Shown here: positions 46,582 to 56,289 of the stretch, one piece after another
Layout: every line of letters starts with the position of its first letter
How positions within the stretch are numbered: position 1 is the first letter of the stretch
DNA from: an uncultured Clostridia bacterium
GTDB taxonomy: Bacteria > Bacillota > Clostridia > Oscillospirales > Ruminococcaceae
Length of the DNA: 64,000 nucleotides
Reading direction: 5' to 3'
NCBI GenBank assembly: GCA_947631995.1
Contig: CANRNT010000009.1
Location: 956-64,955, forward strand
Position numbers and translations under genes: made by a program
The notes under the pieces: generated by a model
The model's database searches: none
Told to the model about the DNA's origin: nothing
What the model saw: only the letters and a program-made list of their open reading frames with translations

Positions 46582-48369
46582 ATGATATTAGATAAAGTCA
46601 CATCTCCTGCGGATTTAAAAAAGATTCCTGCTGATAAGCTTCCGGAGTTAGCGCAGGAAATCAGAACAGCTCTGATCAATAAAACAAGCAGCTTTGGCGG
46701 GCATCTGGGGTCAAACCTTGGCGTTGTTGAATTGACGATTGCGCTTCACTATGTGTTTGATTCGCCTAAGGACAAAATTGTCTTTGATGTTTCCCATCAA
46801 TGCTATGTTCATAAGATACTGACTGGAAGAAAGGCCGCTTATCTTGATGAAAAGCTTTATCGAAGCGTAACAGGTTATACAAATCCTAAAGAAAGCATTC
46901 ACGATCAGTTCAATGTTGGCCATACCTCCACTTCCATTAGCTTGGCTTGCGGACTTGCTAAAGGCAGAAACATCTGTAACAGAAAAGAAAAAATAATTGC
47001 CGTTATCGGCGACGCGGCTTTAGATGGAGGAGAAGCGTTTGAAGCTTTGAACTCAGCCGTTGAGATTTGCGGAGGTCTTATAGTCGTTGTAAATGATAAC
47101 GACATGTCAATACCTGAAAATCATGGAGCACTTTGTGCGCATCTTGCCGAGCTTCGTAAAAATGAGGGTAAATGTGCAAACAACTTCTTTAAAGTGCTCG
47201 GCTTTGACTATTATTTTGTAAAAGACGGGCACAATATCGGGGATTTAATTGAGACGTTTAATAAGGTAAAAGATATTACATGCCCTGTGGTAGTACATTG
47301 CGTTACGAAAAAGGGAAAAGGATATAGTTTTGCGGAAAACAATCCCGAAAAATGGCATTGGGCGCATCCATTCGATATAGGGACCGGGGAGTTTCACAAA
47401 AGTACCTCTGTTCCGAAGGAAAATTACGGCTCCATTGTTGGGCAATATTTGATGCAAAAAATTAAAAACGATCCTACTGTTGTGGCTATGACAGCGTCAG
47501 TACCAGCGTACATCGGGTTTAATGTACAGAGGAGAAAAGAAGCCGTAAGTCAGTATGTTGATGTGGGAATAGCGGAAGCTAACGGTGTTACTATGGCAGC
47601 TGCAATTGCCAAAAGCGGCGGGAAGCCGGTATTTGTTACGGGCAGCTCGTTTTATCAACGGGCTTACGACCAAATTGAGCAGGAAATGTGTATAAACCGA
47701 TGCGCCGCTACCATGCTTGTCGCATTTTCCGGCATCAACGGACATGACAGCGATGCACATGCCGGTCTATACGACATTGCCTTATTAGGCAATATTCCCG
47801 GATTGATCTATTTAGCTCCATCTAATAAGCAGGAGTATTTGGCAATGCTTGACTGGAGCATTGAGCAAAATGAAAGCCCTGTTGCGATCCGCATCCCTTG
47901 GAACGGCGTTTATTACACAGACAAGCCTGTTCCTCAAGAGTATTCCAAGACGAAATACATGGTCAGAAAGAGCGGGGCGCAAGTTGCAATTCTCGGTCTT
48001 GGAAGCTTCTATCAGCTGGCGGAGCAGGTTGCAGAGCTGATTAATAAAGAACTGCATATTGAACCGACACTTATTGACCCTATGTTTATTACCGGCGTGG
48101 ACAAGCAGTTGCTGGAAGATTTAAAGCATGATCACAAGCTGATTGTCACCTTGGAGGACGGCATCGTTTCCGGCGGCTTTGGCGCAAGAATTTCGCAGTT
48201 TTACGGTATAGATGATATGAAAGTAATAAATTGCGGATTCCATACCGAGGTGCCAACGCAATTTACAGTTGAAGAAATGATGGAGAAAAACGGTCTTATG
48301 CCGGAACAGATACTGCAAAGAGTTAAAGATGTACTCAGTGTCGATGAGGCGAGTGAGGAGAAAAAATGA
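46582..48369 (+). CDS. DXS-like ThDP-dependent enzyme (second copy, glycan-locus paralog)
   Basis: Shares long blocks with the housekeeping Dxs in this window (GGHLGSNLGVVELT, FDSPKDKIVFDVSHQCYVHKILTGR, VGIAE, transketolase-like C-terminal half). The ThDP motif reads GDAALDGG...NDNDMSI, i.e. GDA instead of GDG. Confidence 0.85.
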   Translation: MILDKVTSPADLKKIPADKLPELAQEIRTALINKTSSFGGHLGSNLGVVELTIALHYVFDSPKDKIVFDVSHQCYVHKILTGRKAAYLDEKLYRSVTGYTNPKESIHDQFNVGHTSTSISLACGLAKGRNICNRKEKIIAVIGDAALDGGEAFEALNSAVEICGGLIVVVNDNDMSIPENHGALCAHLAELRKNEGKCANNFFKVLGFDYYFVKDGHNIGDLIETFNKVKDITCPVVVHCVTKKGKGYSFAENNPEKWHWAHPFDIGTGEFHKSTSVPKENYGSIVGQYLMQKIKNDPTVVAMTASVPAYIGFNVQRRKEAVSQYVDVGIAEANGVTMAAAIAKSGGKPVFVTGSSFYQRAYDQIEQEMCINRCAATMLVAFSGINGHDSDAHAGLYDIALLGNIPGLIYLAPSNKQEYLAMLDWSIEQNESPVAIRIPWNGVYYTDKPVPQEYSKTKYMVRKSGAQVAILGLGSFYQLAEQVAELINKELHIEPTLIDPMFITGVDKQLLEDLKHDHKLIVTLEDGIVSGGFGARISQFYGIDDMKVINCGFHTEVPTQFTVEEMMEKNGLMPEQILQRVKDVLSVDEASEEKK

Positions 48370-49343
48370 ATCCTTTAATCAGTTTAGTAATACCTGTATA
48401 TAACGTAGAAAAATATTTAGATAAATGTATGAAATCGGTCCTTGCACAAACCTATGATAACTTTGAGGTCATACTTGTCGACGATGGCTCGACTGATAAT
48501 AGCGGGAAAATGTGCGATGAGTATGCGGATATGGATAGTAAGGTCACTGTTTACCATAAGGCTAACGGCGGGCTTTCCGATGCTAGAAATTTTGGCGTTG
48601 AGCGCTGTAATGCCGACTTAGTTTCGTTCATTGATTCCGACGACTATGTGACCGTGGATTATCTTGAATACCTTTGGTATTTGATGAAAAAGTACAATGT
48701 AGATATTGCTTGCGCGACGGCAAAGAGAATTATCGAAACGTCTAAAATAAAGAATGACGATAACGGCAGCGAGATACTGTTAGACAGTTCGGAGGCAATA
48801 AAAAGAATATGTTATACATCATGCAGCGCATGCGTACGCCTTTATAAGAAACAATTACTTGTTGATAATCCTTATCCCGAAGGAAGATTATACGAAGATC
48901 TTGCGGCCACATGTAAAATATACGGGAACATTTCAAAAAGCGTATTCGGAGGGAAGACAATATATTATTGGGTTCAGCGACAAGGAGGAATAACACATAG
49001 CGAGATCGATAAAAAACAGTATGATTTGTTTTGGGCTGCCGATGAACAATTTAATTATATTTCCGAAAACTTTCCGGGGTCTGAGAGTGCATCGCGCACA
49101 AGATGCGTCATGGCATCTTGTGATTTTGTTACGCGGCTCTTTGGCGGAAAAAACAAAGATATGAAGCAACATTTTAAATATGCAAAAGACTACGCAAAAA
49201 AGCACTTGAAATATATTATAAAAGACAAAAGCACACCAAAACATGTAATCATTTCTGGATTGACTATATGTATGGGGTATACGGCGTCAAGAATCCTATG
49301 GCCGTTCAGACAAAGAATCAGAAAGGCGATTAGGGGTATTTAA
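48366..49343 (+). CDS. Family 2 glycosyltransferase
   Basis: ISLVIPVYNVEKYL...VDDGSTD...DSDD motifs. ATGA overlap with the upstream gene. Confidence 0.9.
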   Translation: MNPLISLVIPVYNVEKYLDKCMKSVLAQTYDNFEVILVDDGSTDNSGKMCDEYADMDSKVTVYHKANGGLSDARNFGVERCNADLVSFIDSDDYVTVDYLEYLWYLMKKYNVDIACATAKRIIETSKIKNDDNGSEILLDSSEAIKRICYTSCSACVRLYKKQLLVDNPYPEGRLYEDLAATCKIYGNISKSVFGGKTIYYWVQRQGGITHSEIDKKQYDLFWAADEQFNYISENFPGSESASRTRCVMASCDFVTRLFGGKNKDMKQHFKYAKDYAKKHLKYIIKDKSTPKHVIISGLTICMGYTASRILWPFRQRIRKAIRGI

Positions 49344-49347
49344 CAAA

Positions 49348-50418
49348 ATGTGGACATATTTCATTGCCACGTTACTGTCGGTTATTATAACATGGTTTGC
49401 TGTAAAATTACATAATGACAACATGAAAGCTAATTACAACAAAAATGTTATAAGCTCAGTTTTTGCTGTAATGTCATGCCTACCGCTTTTAATTGTTATG
49501 GCAGTAAGAAAAGGAGTCGGCACAGACTATTGGAGCTATCGAATATGGTTTAGCTCAAGTAATAGGGATGACTTGGAAATAGGATTTAAAACATTAAACA
49601 ACATTTTAAATATTATTTTCGGCGACCCTCAAAGCATATATATTGTTTGCGCAATCATAATATGCGGATTGTATTTTTATATGATTTATAAAGAGTCGAT
49701 ATCTCCGATTTACAGTGTGTTGCTTTTTGTTATATCGAAGGATTATTTTATAGCTATGAACGGCATGAGGCAATATGTGGCAGGGGCTATAGCTATGATG
49801 GCGTTCCCATATTTTAAAAAAAGAGATTGGAAAAAGTCGCTCCTAATTATTTTTATTGCATTTTTGTTCCATAAATCTGTCGTTATTCTAGTTGCTTTAT
49901 ATATTTTGATGGATATTGACATACATCCTGCTTGGGCAGTGGGTGTATTTGCGGGATTAGTATTGTTTTCAAATACAATAAAGAGGGTTATATTCCCCAT
50001 AATGAACAAAATCGGGTTTTATTCTAAATATCTTTCCACAACATCCCATTACAACAACTCCCAAGGAGAGTTTAACTGGCATGCCATACTGATATTTATG
50101 TGCTTTTTCATTCTGATTACGTATGAATATAAAAAGGTCAAAGCAAATCAGAGTCTGAAATTAGTTTACAGCGCGGTTTTGATAAGTCTGTTTATTGCTT
50201 CAATAGGTTCTATTCTGCCCCTTAATGCGCATCGTTTGACGTGGTATATGAATTCAGTTCTTGTACTGTATATACCGGAGGTTACACGGTCTTTAAGCGA
50301 CAAAAGGCTGAGAATGATCGTAGACATCATGATTATATTTGCATTTACGATTACTACTTTAATTGACATTTTAAACGGAAATCAGAATGTTATTCCGTAT
50401 CAGTCGATTTGGTCATAA
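49348..50418 (+). CDS. EpsG-family membrane protein (putative Wzy-type polymerase)
   Basis: About 10 TMs. The GxDYxxY-like motif (GTDYWSY) and MRQ..A motif are typical of the EpsG family. Confidence 0.75.
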   Translation: MWTYFIATLLSVIITWFAVKLHNDNMKANYNKNVISSVFAVMSCLPLLIVMAVRKGVGTDYWSYRIWFSSSNRDDLEIGFKTLNNILNIIFGDPQSIYIVCAIIICGLYFYMIYKESISPIYSVLLFVISKDYFIAMNGMRQYVAGAIAMMAFPYFKKRDWKKSLLIIFIAFLFHKSVVILVALYILMDIDIHPAWAVGVFAGLVLFSNTIKRVIFPIMNKIGFYSKYLSTTSHYNNSQGEFNWHAILIFMCFFILITYEYKKVKANQSLKLVYSAVLISLFIASIGSILPLNAHRLTWYMNSVLVLYIPEVTRSLSDKRLRMIVDIMIIFAFTITTLIDILNGNQNVIPYQSIWS

Positions 50419-50557
50419 AAATCGCCATGTTACCAATGCGCGATGCTTTTAGCGAATAAATTTTTGAATCCGAGGGAATATGCAACCGCTAAATAACCGT
50501 TTGTTTTAGAAGTTGAGAAGAGCGATGGTTAAAAATTTCATAGAGGATGGTGAAAAG

Positions 50558-51376
50558 ATGATACCTAAAATAATCCACTACTGTTGGTTCGGCGGAAAGC
50601 CATTGCCTGAATTGGCTCAGAAATGTATCGAGAGTTGGAAAAAATATTGTCCCGGTTACGAAATAAAACGGTGGGACGAAACTAATTTTGATATCAACTG
50701 TTGTGACTATGTACGCGAGGCATATGAGGCAAAGATGTGGGCTTTTGTCAGTGATTATGCAAGGTTCAAAATTCTTTATGAAAATGGCGGCGTTTACTTT
50801 GACACCGATGTGGAGCTTATAAAGCCCATAGACGACATCATTGCAAAAGGGTCTTTTATGGGTCTTGAAAAGTCAAGAAAGGAACACACAGCCCCCGGGC
50901 TCGGCCTGGCGGCCAACGCCGGGCTCGGCCTGGCGAAAGAAGTACTTGATAGCTATCATAATTCGCATTTTGAAAAAGACGAGAATGGGTCTTATGAAAC
51001 TGTCGTGACAAGAGTAACAAACATTATTTTAAAACATGGGGATATAAATCGTGATACAATAACAGAAATAGCAGAGATAACGATCTATCCGCCGGAATAC
51101 TTTTGCCCACTTAACTATTATACAGGTGAGATGAATATCACGGAAAATACAAGATCAATTCATCATTATATGGCAAGTTGGATTATTCCGGAGAGCAGAG
51201 TGGCACTATTAGTAAAGAAAAAGCTTTGCAGTAAAGGCGGAGTCCGAAAAGTTATTGGAAATATACTGGTCTTTGTATTAAGGGCTATAGGAAAGGTAAG
51301 AAAATTGGGAATCAGGAAAAGTTTAGAGTACATATTGAATAAGATCAAAATTACAAAATTTGGTTCGGGGGGGTAA
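50558..51376 (+). CDS. GT32-like glycosyltransferase (sugar-binding DXD family), copy 1
   Basis: IPKIIHYCWFGGKPLPE...ESWKKYCPGYEIKRWDE and DTD motif. Start trimmed to ATG 50558. Confidence 0.8.
   Translation: MIPKIIHYCWFGGKPLPELAQKCIESWKKYCPGYEIKRWDETNFDINCCDYVREAYEAKMWAFVSDYARFKILYENGGVYFDTDVELIKPIDDIIAKGSFMGLEKSRKEHTAPGLGLAANAGLGLAKEVLDSYHNSHFEKDENGSYETVVTRVTNIILKHGDINRDTITEIAEITIYPPEYFCPLNYYTGEMNITENTRSIHHYMASWIIPESRVALLVKKKLCSKGGVRKVIGNILVFVLRAIGKVRKLGIRKSLEYILNKIKITKFGSGG
50895..50935 (+). repeat. In-frame GC-rich direct repeat inside GT32-like copy 1
   Basis: CCGGGCTCGGCCTGGCG occurs at 50895-50911 and again at 50919-50935 (period 24 nt). It encodes PGLGLAAN-AGLGLA. The paralog lacks it. 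Confidence 0.9.
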
Positions 51377-51425
51377 TAACCTCATCTGAATATTATGCAT
51401 TGCACCTTCAAGTCGGAGGTGCGGC

Positions 51426-52217
51426 ATGATACCAAAAATAATTCATTATTGCTGGTTCGGCAAAAATCCTTTGCCGGAGCTCGCGCAGAAATGCATAGAG
51501 AGTTGGAAAAAGTATTGCCCTGACTATGAGATCAAACGGTGGGACGAGACTAATTTCGACTTGAATTACAATGCTTACGTTCGAGAAGCATATAATGCAA
51601 AGAAGTGGGCATTTGTAACGGACGTTGTTCGTCTTTATGCGTTGGTCAACTATGGCGGAATATATATGGATACCGATGTCGAGGTGATAAAACCCTTAGA
51701 TGATTTTTTGAAATATGAGGCTTTTTCCGGATTTGAATCACAAACCGAGATCCCTACAGGAATAATGGCAAGCGAAAATAATCAAGATCTTTTTATAGAA
51801 CTATTAGATGAATACAATGATGAGCATTTTTTAAATTCTGACGGTACATATAATGCTACTACAAACGTGATACGAATTACAAATACATGCTTAAAATATG
51901 GTTTTATCCCAAATAACAAATTTCAAATAATACGAGGTTTCGCTTTCTTCCCAAAAGACTATTTTTGTCCAAAAGATTATAAAACAAGAATAATTACTAT
52001 AACTAAAAACACATATACCATTCATCATTTTGATGGTTCATGGCTGAGTAAAGAAAAAAGATTAGCTAATCAATTGCAAACCAAATATCAGAAGTTTTTG
52101 CCGGTGCCAATAGCTCATTATTATGCAGAGTTTATTGCTATAAAACGCATACATGGTTTTAAGTCAGGCTTATTAGAAGTAAAGAATTGGATAAAAAACA
52201 AACTGAGTAAAAATTAG
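51426..52217 (+). CDS. GT32-like glycosyltransferase, copy 2
   Basis: The N-terminal 47 aa are nearly identical to copy 1 (MIPKIIHYCWFGKNPLPELAQKCIESWKKYCPDYEIKRWDETNFD). DTD motif present. Confidence 0.8.
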   Translation: MIPKIIHYCWFGKNPLPELAQKCIESWKKYCPDYEIKRWDETNFDLNYNAYVREAYNAKKWAFVTDVVRLYALVNYGGIYMDTDVEVIKPLDDFLKYEAFSGFESQTEIPTGIMASENNQDLFIELLDEYNDEHFLNSDGTYNATTNVIRITNTCLKYGFIPNNKFQIIRGFAFFPKDYFCPKDYKTRIITITKNTYTIHHFDGSWLSKEKRLANQLQTKYQKFLPVPIAHYYAEFIAIKRIHGFKSGLLEVKNWIKNKLSKN

Positions 52218-52231
52218 GAGAAACGTCGCAT

Positions 52232-53323
52232 ATGAAAACCATTCTTCTCGTCTTCGGCACACGACCCGAAGCGATAAAGATGTGCCCGCTTGTGAATGAA
52301 CTGAAGCGGCACAGCGAAATAAACACAATAGTTTGCGTAACAGGTCAGCACCGACAGATGCTGGATCAGGTTCTTGAAGCTTTCAATGTTGTTCCCGACT
52401 ATGACCTCTCAATTATGAAGGACAAGCAGACGCTTTTTGATATCACAACGAACATTCTGAACCGCATAAAGGAAGTCCTCGAAGAAGTAAAGCCCGATGT
52501 TGTGCTTGTTCACGGTGATACCACGACTACTTTCGTGACCGCGCTCGCGTGCTTCTATTTGCAGATACCCGTAGGTCACGTTGAGGCTGGTCTTCGTACA
52601 TACAACATATACAGCCCCTACCCCGAGGAATTCAACCGTCAGGCGGTAAGCATTATAAGTCGGTACAATTTCGCGCCGACAGAGCTTTCAAAGCAGAATC
52701 TTATCCGCGAGGGGAAAGACGAAAGTACTATCTATGTTACAGGCAACACGGCGATAGATGCGCTGAAGACTACGGTTCGTGAAAATTATCACCACCCCGA
52801 GCTTGACTGGGCAAACGGCAGCAGGCTGATACTCATTACCGCCCACCGCAGAGAAAATCTCGGCGAGCCTATGAAGCATATGTTTCGCGCAATCCGCCGA
52901 GTAATGGACGAGCACCCCGATGTTAAGGCAATTTATCCGATACATATGAATCCGATTGTCAGAGAAACGGCAGATGCGATTCTGGGCGGCGATGAGAGGA
53001 TACATATTATAGAACCACTCGACGTGCTTGATTTTCATAATTTTATGGCACGCAGCTATTTGATACTGACCGACAGCGGCGGAATACAGGAAGAAGCGCC
53101 GAGCCTTGGCAAGCCTGTGCTTGTTATGCGCGATACGACCGAGAGACCTGAGGGTATCAAGGCAGGAACGCTGAAGCTCGTCGGCACGGACGAAGAAACG
53201 ATCTATGCAGAATTCAAACGCCTGCTGACCGACAAGGAAGCGTATGACGCTATGTCTAAGGCGAGCAATCCGTATGGGGATGGACATGCGTGTGAGAGGA
53301 TAACCGCAATTATATTAAGTTAA
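52232..53323 (+). CDS. wecB: UDP-N-acetylglucosamine 2-epimerase (non-hydrolysing type by resemblance)
   Basis: FGTRPEAIKM, VHGDTTT, HVEAGLRT, TDSGGIQEEAP and ERPEG motifs. Confidence 0.9.
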   Translation: MKTILLVFGTRPEAIKMCPLVNELKRHSEINTIVCVTGQHRQMLDQVLEAFNVVPDYDLSIMKDKQTLFDITTNILNRIKEVLEEVKPDVVLVHGDTTTTFVTALACFYLQIPVGHVEAGLRTYNIYSPYPEEFNRQAVSIISRYNFAPTELSKQNLIREGKDESTIYVTGNTAIDALKTTVRENYHHPELDWANGSRLILITAHRRENLGEPMKHMFRAIRRVMDEHPDVKAIYPIHMNPIVRETADAILGGDERIHIIEPLDVLDFHNFMARSYLILTDSGGIQEEAPSLGKPVLVMRDTTERPEGIKAGTLKLVGTDEETIYAEFKRLLTDKEAYDAMSKASNPYGDGHACERITAIILS

Positions 53324-53344
53324 TAAATGTAAAGGAGTGTTAGA

Positions 53345-54184
53345 ATGATCCGTAAAATAAAACATATAGTTAAACCAATTATTGTGTTTCTATTTCATTT
53401 TATTTCGGTCATCTATGTTACAATAACAGGAAAAAGGAAAGAATCAGATACTTATTTAAATAATGTTAAAGATAAATACAAGGGTCAAAGGTGTTTTGTT
53501 ATAGGCAATGGACCGAGCTTGACTGCAAAAGATCTTGACAAACTGAAGAATGAAGTAACATTTGCATCTAACAGGATATATAAAATATTTGATCAGACAG
53601 ACTGGAGACCAACATATTTTACGATATTTGATGAGGGCGTAGGAAGAAGTGAAGGTGTAATAGATGGAATAAACTCATTTAAATGTGAAATGAAATTTGT
53701 TAGAGAAGAAGGGCAGTATATATTTGGTAAAATAAAAGGTCCTGTATGTTATGTTCGCTCGCTTTCTTCAAGAAAATATCTCGACAACCCGAATTTTTCC
53801 GAAGATATGACTGAAAAAACATATTCTATTGCAACTGTAACATATATTTCACTCCAGCTTGCACGGCATATGGGTTTTTCCGAAATTTATTTGTTAGGAA
53901 TGGATAACCAATATGCATTTTCTATGCTCAAAGATGGAACTATTGTTAAAAGTGACAATGGTAAAAACTATTTCAGTGATAAAGATGGTGAAAGTCAAAA
54001 GAAACATGAGCAGATTCCAAAATATGCACCGGCAACGTGGGAAATGGATGTAGCATACAGTTTTGCAGAAAAATACTCACGAGAGCATGGATTTAGGATA
54101 TACAATGCAACTCGTGGCGGCAAACTTGAAGTTTTTGAACGCATGGATTTTGACAGCTTGTTTCCGGAAGAAGATAAAAAATGA
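53345..54184 (+). CDS. DUF115 / MptE-like (GT42 CstII-like architecture) putative glycosyltransferase
   Basis: CFVIGNGPSL near the N-terminus and ...LARHMGFSEIYLLGMDNQY parallel the GNGPSL and GYKEIYLSGID motifs of CstII / Maf-type proteins. Confidence 0.6.
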   Translation: MIRKIKHIVKPIIVFLFHFISVIYVTITGKRKESDTYLNNVKDKYKGQRCFVIGNGPSLTAKDLDKLKNEVTFASNRIYKIFDQTDWRPTYFTIFDEGVGRSEGVIDGINSFKCEMKFVREEGQYIFGKIKGPVCYVRSLSSRKYLDNPNFSEDMTEKTYSIATVTYISLQLARHMGFSEIYLLGMDNQYAFSMLKDGTIVKSDNGKNYFSDKDGESQKKHEQIPKYAPATWEMDVAYSFAEKYSREHGFRIYNATRGGKLEVFERMDFDSLFPEEDKK

Positions 54185-55623
54185 ATATTTTATCAAAATA
54201 TAAAAGTTTGCCAACCCAAGTAAAAGCCACAATCTGGTTTGTAGCTTGCCAAGCAATTCAAAGCGGCTGCCGTTTTCTTGCAATGCCCTTTCTGGTGCGC
54301 CTGCTGACAACCGAACAGTACGGTATCTACAGTGTGTTTTTATCATGGCTGCAAATCATAACTTTATTTGCAACTTTGAATTTACATTGTGGCGTTTATA
54401 ACAATGCCATGTACAAATTTCCTGACCGCAGAAGCAGCTATACATCGGCATCGCAAAGCTTGTCCGTAGTCTGCACTTTTCTCTGCTTTGGAATCTATTT
54501 AATATTTCAAAATGCGTGGGATATGCTCTTTGGCATAAAACCTCTGTATGTTGTTCTTATTTTTGTTCAGCTATTGTTTACAGAGAGTTTCATGCTTTGG
54601 TCAGGTCGGCAACGATATGAATACAGATATATCAATCTGCTGATTTATACCGCCTTACTTGCTGTACTATACATGATTTTCCCCGTTGCAACGGCAGCAA
54701 TTTTTCCACAAGAACAGAGATTGACTGCTGTAATTGTAAGCGGTGTAATTGTTCATGCCGGTATAGGTCTTGGATTCATGATTTACAACTATATCAAAGG
54801 CAAGACATTTTATAATCGTGAATATTGGGGCTACTCTCTGAAATTCAATATTCCGCTGATACCGCACTATCTGTCTGGTATTGTTCTCGGACAAGCTGAT
54901 CGCATAATGATAAAAAAGTATATTGGCACGGCAGAAGCAGGTATTTACAGCTTTACATACAATATTTCACTTGTAATCAATATTATTACCGGTTCAATCA
55001 ATAATGCAATTGTCCCATATACTTATGAAAAACTAAAAAACAGGGATTACAAAAATCTAAAGAAAATATCTATTTTTCTTTTACTTATGATCGGCGGAAT
55101 GTGCCTTTCATTTTCGGCAATTGCTCCGGAATTACTGAAAATATTTGCAACAGAAGAATATTATGATGCAGTTTATCTTGTTCCGGTTATTTGTCTGAGT
55201 TCATACTTCACATTTCTTTACAGTTTGTTTGGAAACATCGAATTTTTCTTTGAAGCAAATAAATTTATCACAATGGCATCAATTACCGGCGCGGTCGTTA
55301 ATGTTATCTTAAATTACGTTTTAATGCCGATTTTCGGCTATTATGCGGCTGGATATACAACGCTTTTCTGCTATATTGTGTTCAGTCTGGGACATTACAT
55401 TTTTATGCGTATCGTTTGTAAGAAAAAGATTGACGGTGATAAAGTATACAATGGCACTGCAATTCTGTTGATTTCCATTGCATTTGTACTGTTGGCATTT
55501 GGTATGATGTTGATTTACGATTATCCGCTGATTCGCTACACGCTGATTCTTATAGCAATTGTGGTTTGCTTTATGAGGCGTGAACGTATCATAGGCTATT
55601 TTAAGATGATAAAGGAGAAATAA
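54181..55623 (+). CDS. Wzx-type oligosaccharide flippase (MOP superfamily)
   Basis: 480 aa, about 12-14 TMs, typical polysaccharide-biosynthesis-protein layout. ATGA overlap with the upstream gene. Confidence 0.8.
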   Translation: MNILSKYKSLPTQVKATIWFVACQAIQSGCRFLAMPFLVRLLTTEQYGIYSVFLSWLQIITLFATLNLHCGVYNNAMYKFPDRRSSYTSASQSLSVVCTFLCFGIYLIFQNAWDMLFGIKPLYVVLIFVQLLFTESFMLWSGRQRYEYRYINLLIYTALLAVLYMIFPVATAAIFPQEQRLTAVIVSGVIVHAGIGLGFMIYNYIKGKTFYNREYWGYSLKFNIPLIPHYLSGIVLGQADRIMIKKYIGTAEAGIYSFTYNISLVINIITGSINNAIVPYTYEKLKNRDYKNLKKISIFLLLMIGGMCLSFSAIAPELLKIFATEEYYDAVYLVPVICLSSYFTFLYSLFGNIEFFFEANKFITMASITGAVVNVILNYVLMPIFGYYAAGYTTLFCYIVFSLGHYIFMRIVCKKKIDGDKVYNGTAILLISIAFVLLAFGMMLIYDYPLIRYTLILIAIVVCFMRRERIIGYFKMIKEK

Positions 55624-55626
55624 ATT

Positions 55627-56280
55627 ATGAAAATTGTAGGAGTTACACCTGTCAAGATGAACAATGTAAGAACACCCGGCAAAAATACAAAACTATTAAG
55701 TGATGGAACTCCATTGATCCATCTTATCCAAAAAGCAATGTTAAATATTCCTGAAATTGATGACTACTATGTTTACTGTAGTAATGAAAAAATACAGGAC
55801 TTTTTGCTTGAAGGAACTAAATACATGAAACGTGATACAATGTTTGATACTGCTGAAGCTGATGTTATAGAAATGATGTATCAGTTTTCTTTGCTTGTTG
55901 ATGCAGATGTATATATACAAATTCACGCAACTACTCCGTTTATTTCAAGTAAATCTATTCAAAAAGGAATTGAAATGATAAAAAAAGGTTATGATTCCAC
56001 ATTCGCTGTAAAGAAAATGCAAGATTTTTTATGGACTAATGAGAAACCTTTGAACTATTCGTTAGAAAAAATACCAAGAACACAAGATATGCAGCCGTTT
56101 TTCATTGAAACAACAGGAATGTACATATATACAAAGGATGTAATACAAAAATTGCATCGTCGAATTGGAAACAACCCATATTTATTGGAAGTTTCTGAAA
56201 TCGAGTCTATTGATATTGATGACCCGATAGATTTTGAAATTGCAGATGCGATTTATTCAAAAATTGTCAAGAAAAAATGA
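55627..56280 (+). CDS. Acylneuraminate (NeuA/KdsB-type) cytidylyltransferase family protein
   Basis: 217 aa. N-terminal P-loop-like ...VKMNNVRTPGKNTKLL and ...IQIHATTPF motif resemble CTP_transf_3 enzymes. Confidence 0.7.
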   Translation: MKIVGVTPVKMNNVRTPGKNTKLLSDGTPLIHLIQKAMLNIPEIDDYYVYCSNEKIQDFLLEGTKYMKRDTMFDTAEADVIEMMYQFSLLVDADVYIQIHATTPFISSKSIQKGIEMIKKGYDSTFAVKKMQDFLWTNEKPLNYSLEKIPRTQDMQPFFIETTGMYIYTKDVIQKLHRRIGNNPYLLEVSEIESIDIDDPIDFEIADAIYSKIVKKK

Positions 56281-56289
56281 GGAATAAAA

